Origin: Clostridia bacterium
Lineage (GTDB): Bacteria; Bacillota; Clostridia; Christensenellales; UBA1242
DNA: 64,000 nt
Direction: 5' to 3'
NCBI GenBank assembly: GCA_045588915.1
Contig: JAZNFA010000002.1
Location: 12,878-76,877, forward strand
Every line of letters starts with the position of its first letter. Position 1 is the first letter of the stretch. Shown here piece after piece: positions 18,167 through 32,200 of the stretch. Both the position numbers and the translations under genes were made by a program. The notes under the pieces were generated by a model. That model ran no database searches and was not told the DNA's origin. It saw only the letters and a program-made list of their open reading frames with translations.

Positions 18167-18558
18167 TGGATTTTATGCAGGAGGCGATTAAGCAAGCTCG
18201 TATTGCTGGGCGACGTGGCGAAGTTCCGATTGGCTGTGTTATTGTGAAAGATGGTAAGATTATCGCCAAAGGTTATAATCAGCGTGAACGCAAACGTAAC
18301 TGCTTATGGCATGCTGAGGTGGTAGCACTAAATCGCGCGTGTCGTAAATTAAAATCTTGGCGTTTGAATGGTTGTGATATGTATGTGACTTTAGAACCGT
18401 GTCAAATGTGTATGGGGGCAATTTTGAATGCACGTTTGCAAAAAGTGTATTTTGCCGCACAATCGACAACCAACTTAAATTGGCAGACTCCTGTCGAGTT
18501 ACACTTCAACCAGGAGGCACAAAACATTTTAGTGGATTTTTTTCAAAAAAAACGTTAG
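18166..18558 (+). CDS. tadA: tRNA-specific adenosine deaminase
   Basis: Start set to ATG 18166 (TAATG overlap with the upstream stop), giving MDFMQEAIKQA.... Zinc motifs WHAEVVAL (HAE) and LEPCQMCMGA (PCxxC). Confidence 0.9.
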   Translation: MDFMQEAIKQARIAGRRGEVPIGCVIVKDGKIIAKGYNQRERKRNCLWHAEVVALNRACRKLKSWRLNGCDMYVTLEPCQMCMGAILNARLQKVYFAAQSTTNLNWQTPVELHFNQEAQNILVDFFQKKR

Positions 18559-18567
18559 ACTTAAAAT

Positions 18568-20133
18568 ATGAAACGCGAATTATTAAATTTTATCGCTGCA
18601 GTCGGTTTTGTGTTGTTGGGTGGTGCGCTAGTTTTAATCGTTTTAGTAACAACGCTGTTTATTTTTCCTGATTTAACAATCTTTGGTGCGAAAGCCGTTA
18701 AAGAGCGTGATACACAAATTGTTTATCGCGATCCTGATTTAACAGAGGCTTTTGCTAATGGTAAATTTATTATCGAAAGTACAGGAACGCAGATTGAAGT
18801 TAAAATGTCAAATGATGGTTATAAAGGTGCGGGAACAATTGTTGTTAATGAGTCGGCAAGTGGGATTGCTTTTAATAGTTTAAGTCGTACTTTGGTGGAA
18901 TGGCGCCAAACATTATATAATGATGAAATTTATTATCGAATAAAAATCTTAGAGCCATCGGGTATAGTTTTTAAAGATAAACCAACGACCGTAACAATCA
19001 ATTTACCTCATCGCGCTCAATCGGATGAATTTCGTCATGATTTTGTTTTAGAAAATAATTACAGTACAGTAAATTTTTCCTTTGTGGATAATACAGTGGG
19101 GCAGGTTGATGCTTTAAAAATTGATAACTTAGTTGTGAAAAGCGCAACCAGTGTTAATATACCGGCAAATGAAAATATTTCTTTGAACAATATTGAAATC
19201 AAAAGTAATAAAACTAAGTTTATTTGTCATTCGAATGTATTGGGAAATGTAAATGTATCTGGTTCGAATGGCGCACAAACCTTTAATTGTAAAATTGGTG
19301 GCGACGTTAATGTTACTGGTAATTATAATGATTTCCGTGGTGATGAAGCTGGCAATGTTACCTATAAAAATAATAAAGGTCGTTTGACAATGAACGAGAT
19401 TGGTAAATTAAACGTTGAGACATCTGATGCGACAGTCTCAATTGGGACAGTTGGGAATGGGGTTACAATGACAACTGTTAACGGTAATTTAAATGTTTCC
19501 GAAATTACAAGTGGTGGTTTGAACTTTACGGTTGGTGGTATTACTCAACCAAATGCCAAAGCAAATGTTGACGTCGATAGTATTGTGGGTGATGTTTTGG
19601 TTAGAAATTACGGTTTAGGTAGTATTCAGTTGTTAGATATTGTCGGTAATGTTGATGTTAAGAGTTCGGAAGTTGGTGCAGGTAAAATACGAATTGGTTT
19701 TAGCGATGAGGCAAGTAATTGCAGTGTTAAAGTTCTTGGTTATGACGGAAACATCATTGTGACAGGAATCAATGGTCAAGCAGACATTACTGTGCGTAAC
19801 TGGGAAAATGGGGCAGGAGCAGCTAATATTGAAGCTCAATTTAACAAGGTTGTTGGGACTGAAAATGTGATTAGGGCTGGTGGTTATTTAAGTGGACATC
19901 ACAATTGGGGAAATGTGGATGTCAAGGTTGATAATGATTGCAATAACTTTGATTTGTTTGTTTTTGGCGCAAATTCAGCCAATAGTAGTGCTAAATATGG
20001 TTTTGATGAAGAAAATATGCATATTATCGGCGAAGGGGAACAAGAAAAGGCAAATAAAATTGCAATAACGCAAGGTGATGCAAGCAGTGGGGCAGTGCGA
20101 GTTTATACTAAGCAACGCTTTTATCTAAGCTAG
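18568..20133 (+). CDS. Membrane-anchored beta-helix repeat protein (DUF4097/LiaG-like putative adhesin)
   Basis: 521 aa. N-terminal TM helix. Repeated short turns (GNVNVSGSNG, GDVNVTGNYN, GNLNVSEITSGG, GDVLVRN, GNVDVKS) are typical of a parallel beta-helix. Starts 9 nt after tadA. Confidence 0.6.
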   Translation: MKRELLNFIAAVGFVLLGGALVLIVLVTTLFIFPDLTIFGAKAVKERDTQIVYRDPDLTEAFANGKFIIESTGTQIEVKMSNDGYKGAGTIVVNESASGIAFNSLSRTLVEWRQTLYNDEIYYRIKILEPSGIVFKDKPTTVTINLPHRAQSDEFRHDFVLENNYSTVNFSFVDNTVGQVDALKIDNLVVKSATSVNIPANENISLNNIEIKSNKTKFICHSNVLGNVNVSGSNGAQTFNCKIGGDVNVTGNYNDFRGDEAGNVTYKNNKGRLTMNEIGKLNVETSDATVSIGTVGNGVTMTTVNGNLNVSEITSGGLNFTVGGITQPNAKANVDVDSIVGDVLVRNYGLGSIQLLDIVGNVDVKSSEVGAGKIRIGFSDEASNCSVKVLGYDGNIIVTGINGQADITVRNWENGAGAANIEAQFNKVVGTENVIRAGGYLSGHHNWGNVDVKVDNDCNNFDLFVFGANSANSSAKYGFDEENMHIIGEGEQEKANKIAITQGDASSGAVRVYTKQRFYLS

Positions 20134-20147
20134 GAACTGTTTTTTGC

Positions 20148-20176
20148 TTGACGGTTAGTCATATAAAAAATATAAT
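20148..20176 (+). promoter_or_regulatory. Canonical promoter of the 6.7-k-aa gene, paralogous to the 7789 promoter
   Basis: TTGACG (20148-20153), 17 nt, TATAAT (20171-20176). Followed by TTAGACATACTA, a 16-nt purine-rich insert, and GTTGGGGGAAT (20204-20214). Confidence 0.65.
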
Positions 20177-20219
20177 TTAGACATACTAGAAGAGAAGAAA
20201 AACGTTGGGGGAATCACAT

Positions 20220-23200
20220 TTGAAAAAACGCGGTCTTGCAAGTTTGTTGATTGTTAGCATCATTGCGATTGCAGCTGTTTTTGGTGTGGTTTTTGCATTT
20301 CAAAACTCTGGTCGTGATAAAGATGTTTACGGAAGTGCGACCATTACTGTTGATAAACCCAATATTGAATTGGAAATTGAGTTAAAGAAAGATGAGACTG
20401 CTGATAAGAAATTTACAATAGTTGAAACTGATATGTCTTCGGCATATTTTACAATTACTGTTGGTGGTTTGCCGGAATCAGCAGACCGTGGTGTTGAATT
20501 AAACGAAAGTTCAATTAGTAGTGGTGTTGTTACTGTTTCTCGAGTTACTCCACGTGACGAGTCAGGTAAAACTGGAATTAACCAATTTAAAGTTACTGGG
20601 CAAAACGGTGGTGCGCCTGTAACAATGGTTTTTACGGCTGTTGGTGGGCGTACAATCAATGTTAATGTAAATGTAAAGTTAGTTGCTCAAGATATGAAAA
20701 TTGCACCAAAATCTCATTTTGGCTTACGTCAAGGTGGTGACGGTTTAAACTTAATGTCTGCTGATGTTTTAAACAAATTCATTTTCTTCGCGCATCCTGA
20801 TGACGATGAACGTGTTTTCACTCCTAATAATTTTCCGATTGAATATAAATTAAAAGAACAATATCCTGGTGTGATTTTACAACAAGGATCAATTGCCGTC
20901 AGCAGTCAAGCTACACATACAAACCAATATATTTACGTACAAGCAAAATTGCCAGGAATGACAGAATGGTTAGACATTCCTTTTTATGTTTTTCCTGAAG
21001 TAAAAAATATTCTTATAGATACTAATGCTACAGAAACCACACGCGATAAAGTGTGGGATTTAATTGCGAATCGCACTGAGTTCTCAGCTGCGAATTTTTC
21101 GTTTGCTTTGGATTGTGTAACAACAGAAACATCGGATTATGGCTTTATTATTGAAAGTTCGGATACTCAAGTTGTTCGTGTTGATTATATTGATCAATAT
21201 CAACGTTCATTGTCGACGGTAAAAAATCTTGGTGAAGTAGCGATTAAAATAACTGCTTATCCAATCATTAAAGTTAATAATAATGAAATTGCTTTCTCAG
21301 GTAGTGGGGATGCTAATGTGCAAGTCAAAGATGTTATTTACGTTCGTGTTCGTAATGAATTTTATCTTGAAAGTGAAGCAGATATTTACGGAAAAGAATC
21401 TTTTGTTTTGGCGACTGACAAAGAATCGGTTAATGCTTTCTATTACGAAGGAAAATTCTATGATGGTGTCTCTTTTGATACCTTTACGTTGGATACTGCT
21501 AATGGTAAATTAGTTAATGTTGATAATGATGTTGAATTTGAGTTAGAAGTTGTTGATGATATTGGTGATAGAACAGGTGTATATGGCTGGAATGCTGACA
21601 ACAATCCTGGTAAGGTTGGTTTGTATAGTATTTTGCAAATTGGTTATTGGTCAGATGAAGTTAATGATTGGGTAATGTTGTCTGGGACACCGGAAAATTA
21701 TTATGCTAATTATCACAACCGTTTTTGCATTGCTTTTATGCAAACAGGAGATGCGGAAAATTTCTTGTCTGATAATATGACGTTGACTTTACGTATTAAG
21801 AGTGTGAGTGAATTAACAGTTGGTGGTTATGCGTCTTGTTCAGTTAATTTAGATGTTACCAGTGCAATTGATAAATTCCAAGTTGAAAATTTAGCACAAT
21901 TCGATGATGGTTCTTTGGGCGTTGCTTTGGTTTATGATGTTAAGCATCAAGATTTTAGTGTTGAAGAAGTAGATGTTTTTGGTATGTTCGCGAATGCGAA
22001 TCCAAATGGGGAAGTAGTTTATTCATATAGTAAAAAATGGAATACAGCTAAAGTTACCGATAATAGTAAAGATTTGCCGTTTGTAATATCTGCATCTGAT
22101 TATAATTCTGATGAGTTAAAGTCTCACTTTGTGCGTTACACAATTACAGCGAATGATGTTAGTCCAATTGAATATTATAAAGATTATCCTTTGACCATTG
22201 GATATCCAAACGGTAAGTCATACACTTTAAATATTCGTGTTTATCCAACGGTTGAATCATTATCTTTATCGGTAATTAGTAATAGTAAGGGTAAGATTTA
22301 CCATTCTATTATGGATTCGGAAGATACTGCTTATGACTATGTACGTACTGCATATGTACGTAAGGGTTATACTTATGAATTTGCAGTTGACACACAGGGT
22401 GTAAGTGTTGGCGCGTATGCTGTTTTCGAACAAATCACTGATGCTAGTGGTAAAATTATTGCTAACACCACAACATCTATGTTTGATGCACGTAGATTGC
22501 AAGAAGGTTTGTATGAATGTCTTGTAAGTTTACATGCTTACAGTGATTCTGTGTTTGCTGAAAATGAAACTGAAATTACTGTTTATTTAATTGTTGTTGA
22601 ATCAGTTGGTAACGTCATTTTACCATCTGAGATTGAATTGGAAGGTATTACAGATAGTGCAGAAATTGCTCTTGGTTTAACCACAATGAATAGTGAAACA
22701 ATTACTGATTTTAATTATTTACGTATTGAAGTCGCTGAGCCTGTAAATAAAAATGTAATTGTAGAACAAGGTACTGGTGAAAAATATAACAGTTTCAATA
22801 TTACTGCACAGTATTTAGTGGAAAATACTTTTAAAGTTGGATTTAAAATTTACAAAAGTTATAATTTCCCTGCTAAGTATGATTTAGATGGTTTGTCTTG
22901 GACAGAAAATCTTCCGTTTGAATTATATTATATTGGTGGAAATTTAGTTACCGTTGATGTAAAGATTAAAAATGAGAATCCAAATAAAATTGAATTGGTT
23001 TCTGAAAAAATAAAAAACATTGACGGGGTCGGCAATTACTTAGAGTTAATTTCAGAAAACGGTAAAATAGTTGAACAGGAAATTGATGTTAAAGTTGATA
23101 GTAAAGCAAACTATCAAGATTTTGGTATCGGTTTTGCAGAATGGAAAAATGGTCAATTTGTCATATCAGCATTCTCTGTAAATAATAATGAAATAGCAAT

Positions 23201-26200
23201 TGCTAATTGTGCTGTTGCGCGTTTCGATGCTGAAAAAAGCAAAGTGTATATCAAAGCAGTTGAAGGTGCAACAAGTCTTGGTGCGTATGCTTTGGTTGTT
23301 TATGCGAGTGATAGCTTGCGTTATGTGGATGTAAATCTTGATGGTGATGATTTAGTTTTACCTGATGTATATCAAATGGTTTCATTGTACATTGGCAGCA
23401 AGGAAACTGTTGAGGAGACAGTTGAAGAGTTAGTCAGTGAAAATATTCACGATGCAAATAGTGGAAATTTAAATACGCGTGGCAGCTATAACTGGATCTT
23501 GCCAAGTACAGAACCTACTGATTTATATGCTGCTTTATTTTATACAGATGGTCAGGATGTTTACGGATCATCAATCAAGGCTAACGTTTATTATATCGAT
23601 GATTTGTATACAGTTCTTGGTTGGAATGCATTAGCAAAGCCGGAAAGAATGATAATTACTAAATATGTTAACAATGTAGCGATTGGCTCGTTAACTAAGA
23701 CTGATAGCGAACGTTTAAATCTTGACTTGAATTACGTCTTTAATAAAGACACAAACGATGATGACAATTTTTACAGCAGAAATGGAACTACTGTACATTA
23801 TACAATAAGTGCTGCTGGTCGTGTAATGACTTTCTATATTGTTGAAAGTATCGCAGCTTTTGATGTTAGTGTTAAGAGCGCAAGTGGTAGTGGTTTGGTT
23901 TCACGTAAAGTATTAACGCCATCTCAAAATACAAACCGAATTGATTCAGTAACAATGCAACGTGGTAATGAATTTTCATTTACTTCTAACTTGAGTGTTT
24001 ATTCCGGTTGGAAAATGCAAAATAAAGACTTTGATTCAAGTAGTACTGCTTATGTATCTTATGCTGGTGGTTTGTATTCATTCTATCCATATATTGAATT
24101 TACAACAACCAATGGAACAACTCACTGTTTTAATTTAGATGCTTTAACATCAAAGGTACAAGTTAAAGTTAAGGGTGGTGTTAGCTATTTAAATATTGCG
24201 CAAGATTCAATTGTGTTGGATGGCGTTACGACAGCAATTTATGATTTAACAATGCGCGTGGATCAAGAAAATTGGTCACCAAGTATTTTGAATTACAGCT
24301 TCTTATATGATGGTATTTATTATAATTTATTTGAAGATAATCAAACAATTTCATATGTCAATATGGAAGGTGGCAAATCAAAATTAGAATTCAAATTAAC
24401 TTGTTTGAATGCTGATAGTCCAGTGTATTCAAACTTGTATTATACCTATTATTTGAAGATTGAAGTTGCTGTTGTAATTTTAGTCCCAGATGTTAATCCT
24501 TTCTATAACATTTCAGGTGCGCGCTTAATTATTACTGAAAACTTGAATAATTCACCTTTGTTAGATATTAAAACACCAGCAAGCGATTTTTCAGCATTAA
24601 GTTTAACCAAACAGGGGATTAACAATGTTACAATGGCGCATTTTGCTGATACTGAACCAGTTGCTGCTAATCGTAGTGCTGTTACTTTGGTTAGTGGACA
24701 AAGTGACGCTGGTATCATTTATTTAGATGAAAAATCTGTTGGTGGAATTTTGGTAGTTTATCCAACTCTATATTACATTAACGTTTCTAATATAAATTTA
24801 TGGACTTCACAACCTCACACTGAAAAAGTTTTAATTGGAACTGATTTATCAGGAAAACCAATTTATGATACTGTGGTTTATACAATTGGTTTTACTCAAA
24901 TGATTTATAACCAAGATGATAAATTCTATCAGCCTTATGTAAGTGGTAGCTCAATGCCTAAGATGGTATCTTCTTGGTCGAAAGCTGAGGGTTATAAATG
25001 GGATGGTAAATATTATTTTAAAACTTCAATTATAAGTAACTCTCAATTTTCACACCGTTTGCCTGACGGTACATCTTTTGGTATTAGTGTTTCAATTCAA
25101 GGTGAAAGCAATGCGAAAGCGATTGTTGAGAATATGAACTTAGTGGCAAAATACCGTGACAGTTTTGTTGTTACTCCAGATGACAATGTTGGTGATTATG
25201 CAGTTTGTACAATGACACAAACACAACATCAAGCAATTGGTACGACAGGTGTTTATGATATTGCTTTCCCATCTGATTGTATTCCAAATTATGCTGATTT
25301 CACATTTAATGGAATTAGTTCTACTAATAAAACGATAGATTCAAAATATGCAACAATAACAATTGACTCGGTTGCGCGTACTTTATCGGTTTATTTAAAA
25401 GGTGACGTTTCAGCAATTGGTGAATCTTTAGAAGTAAGGATTCCATATAAACGTCCGGGCGATTATGTTAATCCGTATTTAAGTGTAGTAATTGTTCCTG
25501 TATATTTTGAATTTGATGAAATTGAGGTTATCAATCATTATGAAACTTGTTTACAAATTACACGTGATGAATTAACTCAATTAAAATATCGTGCTTTATT
25601 TGAATACGACACTTCAATGTTAAGTAGTAGTATGTCAGAAAAAATGGCTGCTTTTAATTACAGCTTACAAACTTCTGATTTAGTTCGTTATAATTATGAG
25701 ACTGTTGGAAAAGTAACAATTGAAATTGCATACAGTTATGTTAATGGTGTACCCGTAATAACAAAAAATGGTGCTTACCGTTATGCGCGTACCTATAACT
25801 ATGAATTTAAACAAAATGCTTTAATTAAACGTACCGAATATTTGGCTGTTGGTACTGCTGCGACGTATACTTTTGAAAATTGGAATCCATTACATATCAA
25901 CAATTTGTACTTAGAAGATGCACTAACAAACAGTAAAAATATTGAAAATTATTGGGACAAAAATTTAAAAACTCAAAATCGCAACACAGTTCTTATTACA
26001 ATTAGTTTGGAAAATAAATCTAGTGATGAAAATAGTTTGGCATACGAAGAATTAGTTAAGGCAGGTAAAATTGTTATTAATGTGTTCTCAAATGTTGACG
26101 TAAGAGCTCCACAATTAGAGTTAACAATTATTCCAGTTTGGTTTACTTTTGATGAATTTAAATTACAAAAAAATCCAGTAAACCCATTGGTTGCTTTGTC

Positions 26201-29200
26201 GACTCCAACTGTTTTAACTGTTGAGGCAGGTAATATTGTTTGTGTTGAAGATAGTAATGTAACTAAAGCTTTAAATGCTTTTAATGTTGAATTAACAAAT
26301 GCTCAAAACTATTTATCTGACAATAATGCTTTGTCTTTCAGCCGTGTTGCAAATGAAGATGGTATTTTGAATTTTAGTTTCAATTCTAATACTCGTGCAA
26401 TTACTCGTACTGATGCGGCAAATCCAGTTACAGCAACCAGTTATTTGTTGGTTTCTGCCGGTATTTCCTATGTAAATGGTGTTCCTACTTTAGATCGTAA
26501 TGGAACACAAATTTCGACATATTTCCCAGTTCGTACTTTTGGTAATGATGTTGGCGAGAGTGATAATTTACTGCCTGATTTAGAAGTAGCACCAAATGGA
26601 CGTACTCGTACCGTTGCTCAAGCAATTGGAACTTCTGTTCGTTATAATATTTCACTTTCAGGTGTTGCATATGATTCTTTATTAGATAAATATGAAATCC
26701 GTGCAGATGGAAACTATGTATGGTCGAAAGATTTTGCATGGGATGTTGTTTTCAGTTTTAAAGAAAACATTATCACTGTTAATTTAGACAAAAATACAGA
26801 ATTATTCGATAAGCTTCTATCAATTAGGGCTTATGACCGTAATGGTGCATTAGTCTATGTTTTAAATATTATTCCAGCTTATTATACTGTAGAACAGATT
26901 TTATTGGCTGACCATATTGATGAAAATCCAATAATGATTAAAAATACTGATAACTGGTTAATGGATTTGAGTTTGGATTTTGCATCAAGTCATAGCAGTG
27001 AAAGTTTCCCTGGTTTTGATTTAGAAAGGTCGAAAAGAGAATTCTTGCTAACTTTAAATAGCTCAAGTTTAGTTTCAAGACTTGATGATGCTGGTTTTGT
27101 AACTGTTTTTGCTGGTGTTACTTATGAAGGTGGTATTCCTAGTTTAGTTAATTTAGTTAATGCAAAAACTGTTGTACAAAATACTTATCGTTATTTATTA
27201 GTTGATGGTGTACCGGAAAATACCAAAGCACAAGCATTAGGACAAGAAGTAATTTATAATGTAAATCGTACTGTTACTGTGGGTGCGATTAAAATTAGCA
27301 CGGGTAAAGATAGTGAAGGTAACGACATTTGGGAAGTTTATGATTCAGGTAATTATCAAAATTGGTGGATTGAAAATGATACCAACCCACGCCGTATTAA
27401 AGTTGGTTTGAATGAATCGACTGATTTGATCGGAAATTTAATTCGTATTGGTATTTGGGGGAATGTTAATGACGATGAACCATCATATATTTTGAACATT
27501 ATCCCGGCATACTTTACAGTTGATGATTTGACGGTAGTGGGACAATCTACCGAAGATCGTGATATTCATTTATATTATGGTGAAGAAAAAGATTCACCAA
27601 GTGATGTTGTTTTTGATGCAGTATATGGCAAATACTCAATGAGTTCAGCATTAAACGTACCTGCATTGTTAAGTAGTTTTGTGCAAGAATTACAAGATAC
27701 AAAATCAAATTTAATTGAACGTCAGTATGATACGAGTTTAGCTTCAGGCGATTTACACATTGTTGTTTATTTAGATTATCAAAATGGAAAACCGACACTG
27801 GTCGATTCAGCAACCGAAAGTGAGTTTATTATCCGTATTGATGTTGATTTTACATATACAATCTATGGTAAACCTGCACCAGAAGGTGACTTACCACCAA
27901 TGCCATCTGAACCACGTTCACGTACAGAAGTGCAAGCAATTGGTACAAAAGCAACTTATATTATTGACCTTGATCAAGATGTTAGTTTGGATGTTTCAGA
28001 TTTAAGGTATGATGATGCAAAATTACAAGAACGTGGTTGGAAAGTAACTTTAGAAGACAATATTGTAACAGTAGAATTACTTGCTGATGCAGCAGAAACG
28101 TTATTAAAAAATGACATTGTTTTGAATTTCTACTCAAGTTATGAAAGCATATTTATTTTAACAATTCAACCAGTTTTGTTTGAAGTTATTGGTGTTGAAA
28201 CAATATACCCAGAACAACCTATTGATTTAACTGACCGTAATGTTAACGATATTTATTATCGTGCAGTTGCTAAATATAATGACGCAGTTGAATATAATGG
28301 TGACAAAGTAATTGAGTTTATTAAAGCTTTTAATACGAAATTGAACTCAGAACGCAATGGTTTGCTTGAAGTTGAAACGGTTGATCAATATTTGAAAATC
28401 AATATTGCTCTTGATTATGGTGTAACTGGTTCTAATTATCGCAGAGTGCCATCTTTATTAGAAGTTGAAAGTTATCCATTAAATGTTGTTGAAAGTTATG
28501 TTGAGTTTAGTGTAGCTACTGAACGCAGTAACGTTGCATCTCGCTATCAAGCTGTTGGTACGACAGAATTCTATTATTTAGGTGTAGAGTTTGACGACAT
28601 TTCAGAGCTTTTCGTTAGTGTTGGTGGTTCTATTGTTACTGATGGTTCTGTTGTTGCTCAAGTTATACCTTATGGTAATAGTTTTGCGTTGAAGGTATCA
28701 ATTGCTCCAAGTGCAAATTTGGTCGGACAAAATATTATTGTCGCAATCAGTGGTTCACGCAATTTTACTATGACAATTAAGCCGGTTTGGTTTGTAGTTG
28801 AAGGTTTTGATGTCATCAACCATCCAGAAAGACATTTGTGGTTAATTACATCTGATACATTTGCAGAAAAAATTGATAATTTAACTTTCCGTGTTCGTGC
28901 AAGATATTCATTTGATGGTGATGCAGATTTCCAAACTGCGTTGCGTGCTCAAATCGATTCATTTAATCAACAATTAGTAGAAAAAATTTCAGATTTGGAA
29001 ACATATACTGTTGGTGCAGAATATCTAGTTGTTCGTGCTGGAATTGATTATCAAAATGGTGTTGCAAGTATCATTAATATTGAAAAAGCAAAACCAACTC
29101 AAGTAGTGCGTGATGTATTTAAATATGTTCGTTATTCAGATAAGATTGCTGGTACAAATATGGCACGTCCAAATATTCCACGCAGTCGTACAGTAGAAGT

Positions 29201-32200
29201 TGCAATTGGTAAAAGTGCTACTTATACGGTGGATTTCCCAGACTTGGCTCAGGGATTCACCGACAAAATGATTTCTTTGTACGAAAATACTGATAAAGAA
29301 AAAGCCGATGACGACAGTGCATTGGTAAAATATGAAAATGGTACAAATGGTTGGTCAGTAAAGGTTGTTGATAATCAATTGCAAATAATCTTAGAACCAA
29401 ATGCAGATTTAGTAGAACGCGAATTGAAAGTTTTCATTTATTATGACAAGAATCACGTTAAAGATGCGCCAAATAGTTTTGATAATGAAAATGTTGCCTT
29501 TATTTTGACGATTCATCCTGTATGGTTTAAGGTAGTAGATTTTGCATTAAATGGTTATGTTGATGACGTTATTAACGTAGATTCTATCGACGACTTTATG
29601 GAAGAGTTAGCTCAATTTAATACTAATACCTATTTCATGCCTGTTTATGAATACTCGAATGATGTTTTGAACGATTCGGAAAGTGGTGCAATCTTGCAAG
29701 AAAAAATGCATGCATTTACTAAAGATTTTAAACAATCTACTTTCGTATCAAGAACACGTGTTAGAGAATCTGCAACTATCTATCATTTCCAAGTTTCAGC
29801 TTCGGTAAATTACCAAGCTTATGAAGGTACTGCAAAATTATCATCTGATTTTACGACACATCTTTCAAGATCATTTAAAGTAGTTGTGGGTGACACTGCT
29901 GTTGAACAACGTGTTGAATCACAAGCAATTGGCACAAAGAAAACTTATTACATTGATAGTTCAATTATGGACGCAATTACAAGTATTCCTGATGGTTCGA
30001 ATTACAGAGTAACTTGGAATTCAAAAGAAAAAAATTATGTTACTGTTGAGTTAACCAATACAGCAAGTGTCGATGTTCCAGTAAACGTTGTCATTAGCAA
30101 CAACTTTACATTGAAGATTAATCCTGTTTATTATGAGATACTTGGATTTGAAACAGTTGATCATCCAGAACGTGCTGTTTGGGTAATTTCTCCATTAACG
30201 ACTAAAGATTTACGTTATCGTGCGATTACTACTGAGATTGAACAATCATTGAGTAATGAAGTTAAAAACGAAATTAAAAACAAAATTGAAGAATTGAATT
30301 TAAGTTTGAATAGTGGTAGTGCTCCAATTTCAATAAATGTTGATAGCAATGAAAACATTGTAATTGATGCTGCTGTTAATTATGTGGATGGTTATCCGGA
30401 AATTGTAGAAATTACTAAAGATAAACGCAATGTTGTAGAAAGTATAATTCCTTATCGTATTTGGTCAGTAAATATTAGACCAATTCCAGATCGTCCAACG
30501 GTTGTTGGTTCTACTGCGGCTAACCAAATTATTGGTGGAACAAAAAAATACACTTTAAAGAATATTCGTGGTCAAGTTTTCTATCAATTCTTGTGGGTTG
30601 AGAATGCCGGTGATATCGTTACTTCATTTAGTAATTCAATCAACGGAACTTTACAAACTTATGAAAACTTAAGCATTTTGGTAGATCCAGTAAAAGGAAC
30701 TTTAGAAGTTCAATTAGTTGCAAATACTGATTGCTTAAAAAATAATATTCGTATTTGCATTCCTTATTTAACTACGGTTAATGGTAAAGATGTTTGGTAC
30801 AGTCATTGTATCGAAATTACTCCTTTATTGTTTGAATTAAAAGGTTGGACAATTCAAGCAGCCGATGAAGGTGTTGCGGCTTCACAATTGATTCAAAATG
30901 AAAATAACGAAGATTATTTGTTATTAACGAATACCAGTAACTCAATTACGGTTATTAAATATGTTGCAAAAATCAAGGCAAGTGAAACAACTGACCCGAG
31001 TGTTTTACGTTCAATCAATTTAGCAAAACAAAACATTGAAAATGCTGCTGCGCAATACATTACACCAACAGTAACAAGCGAAAATATTGGTTTTGGTAAT
31101 ATGACATTGCGTCGTAATGTGGCTGCTAATGTGAAAACAGATAATGTTGTTGGATTGTCAACCTATATTGTATACGAAAATGGTGTACCTAGATTGGTTG
31201 AAAAGAGTAAAACATTAGTATCAAATCAAATTTTGATTTCAACTGGTTACGGAAAAGACGAATGGAATGAAAAAGTTGGCGATACAATTTTAAGTTCTGG
31301 TTTTGCAAATGCAGTACAAGTAATTGGTACTTCAGCCGCTTATGTAGTAGAAATTGCAGATGCTGGTAAAATCTTTGCTGACCAAATTACTGTTGTTGAT
31401 CAGATTACACAAGAGAAAATTGTTATTGATGGAGAACAATCTGATTTAGTTACAGTTAAAACTGAAGTTTCTGATGATAATTCAAATATTGTTTTATATG
31501 TAGATTTAGCACCAGTAATTGCTTTACGTAATTATAATGTGGAAATTAAAATTCCGTATGCTGATGAAGAAGACGCAACCAAAGCAAATTATGTTTATTC
31601 ATATTGTGTTACTCCAGTATTATATACAATTGACGGTTTCTATCTCGATTATGCTGAAAATAATTATATCGACTTGGCAAATAAAGATATCCCATTAGTT
31701 TTACACGTTCAAGCAACTTATTCGGATGATGTTAAAGTCCGTAATATGGTAAATTTATTATTACAAGATTTCGAGTTGGCACTTAACAGGTCAATTGTTA
31801 ATGGCCAAATTGAATTTGTTGTTGAAAATATTAATGGTGGAAAGAATGTTCGTATAGAATCATTTGGTGGTAATGTTTGGATTCAAAAAATTGCAGATAA
31901 AGATGTTGATACCTTAGATTACATTAAGAGTTCAATTGAAATTGGATACAACGGTGGTGTACCACAAATTGGTAGTGTTAATCCATTAACAGATTCTGTT
32001 GTAAACATTACCTTGCAAGCAGGTACACAATTTAGTCAGGCGAGTGGTTTCCCTGGTTGGGAGTATATTGAATCTCAAGATAAAGGTTCTCAACATTTAC
32101 AATCAATTGGTACTTCACGTAATTATCCAATTGATGTTACAGCTGATAATAATATTACTTTATATTACGAATATATTGAAGTCTTTGATGGTGGTTTGAA

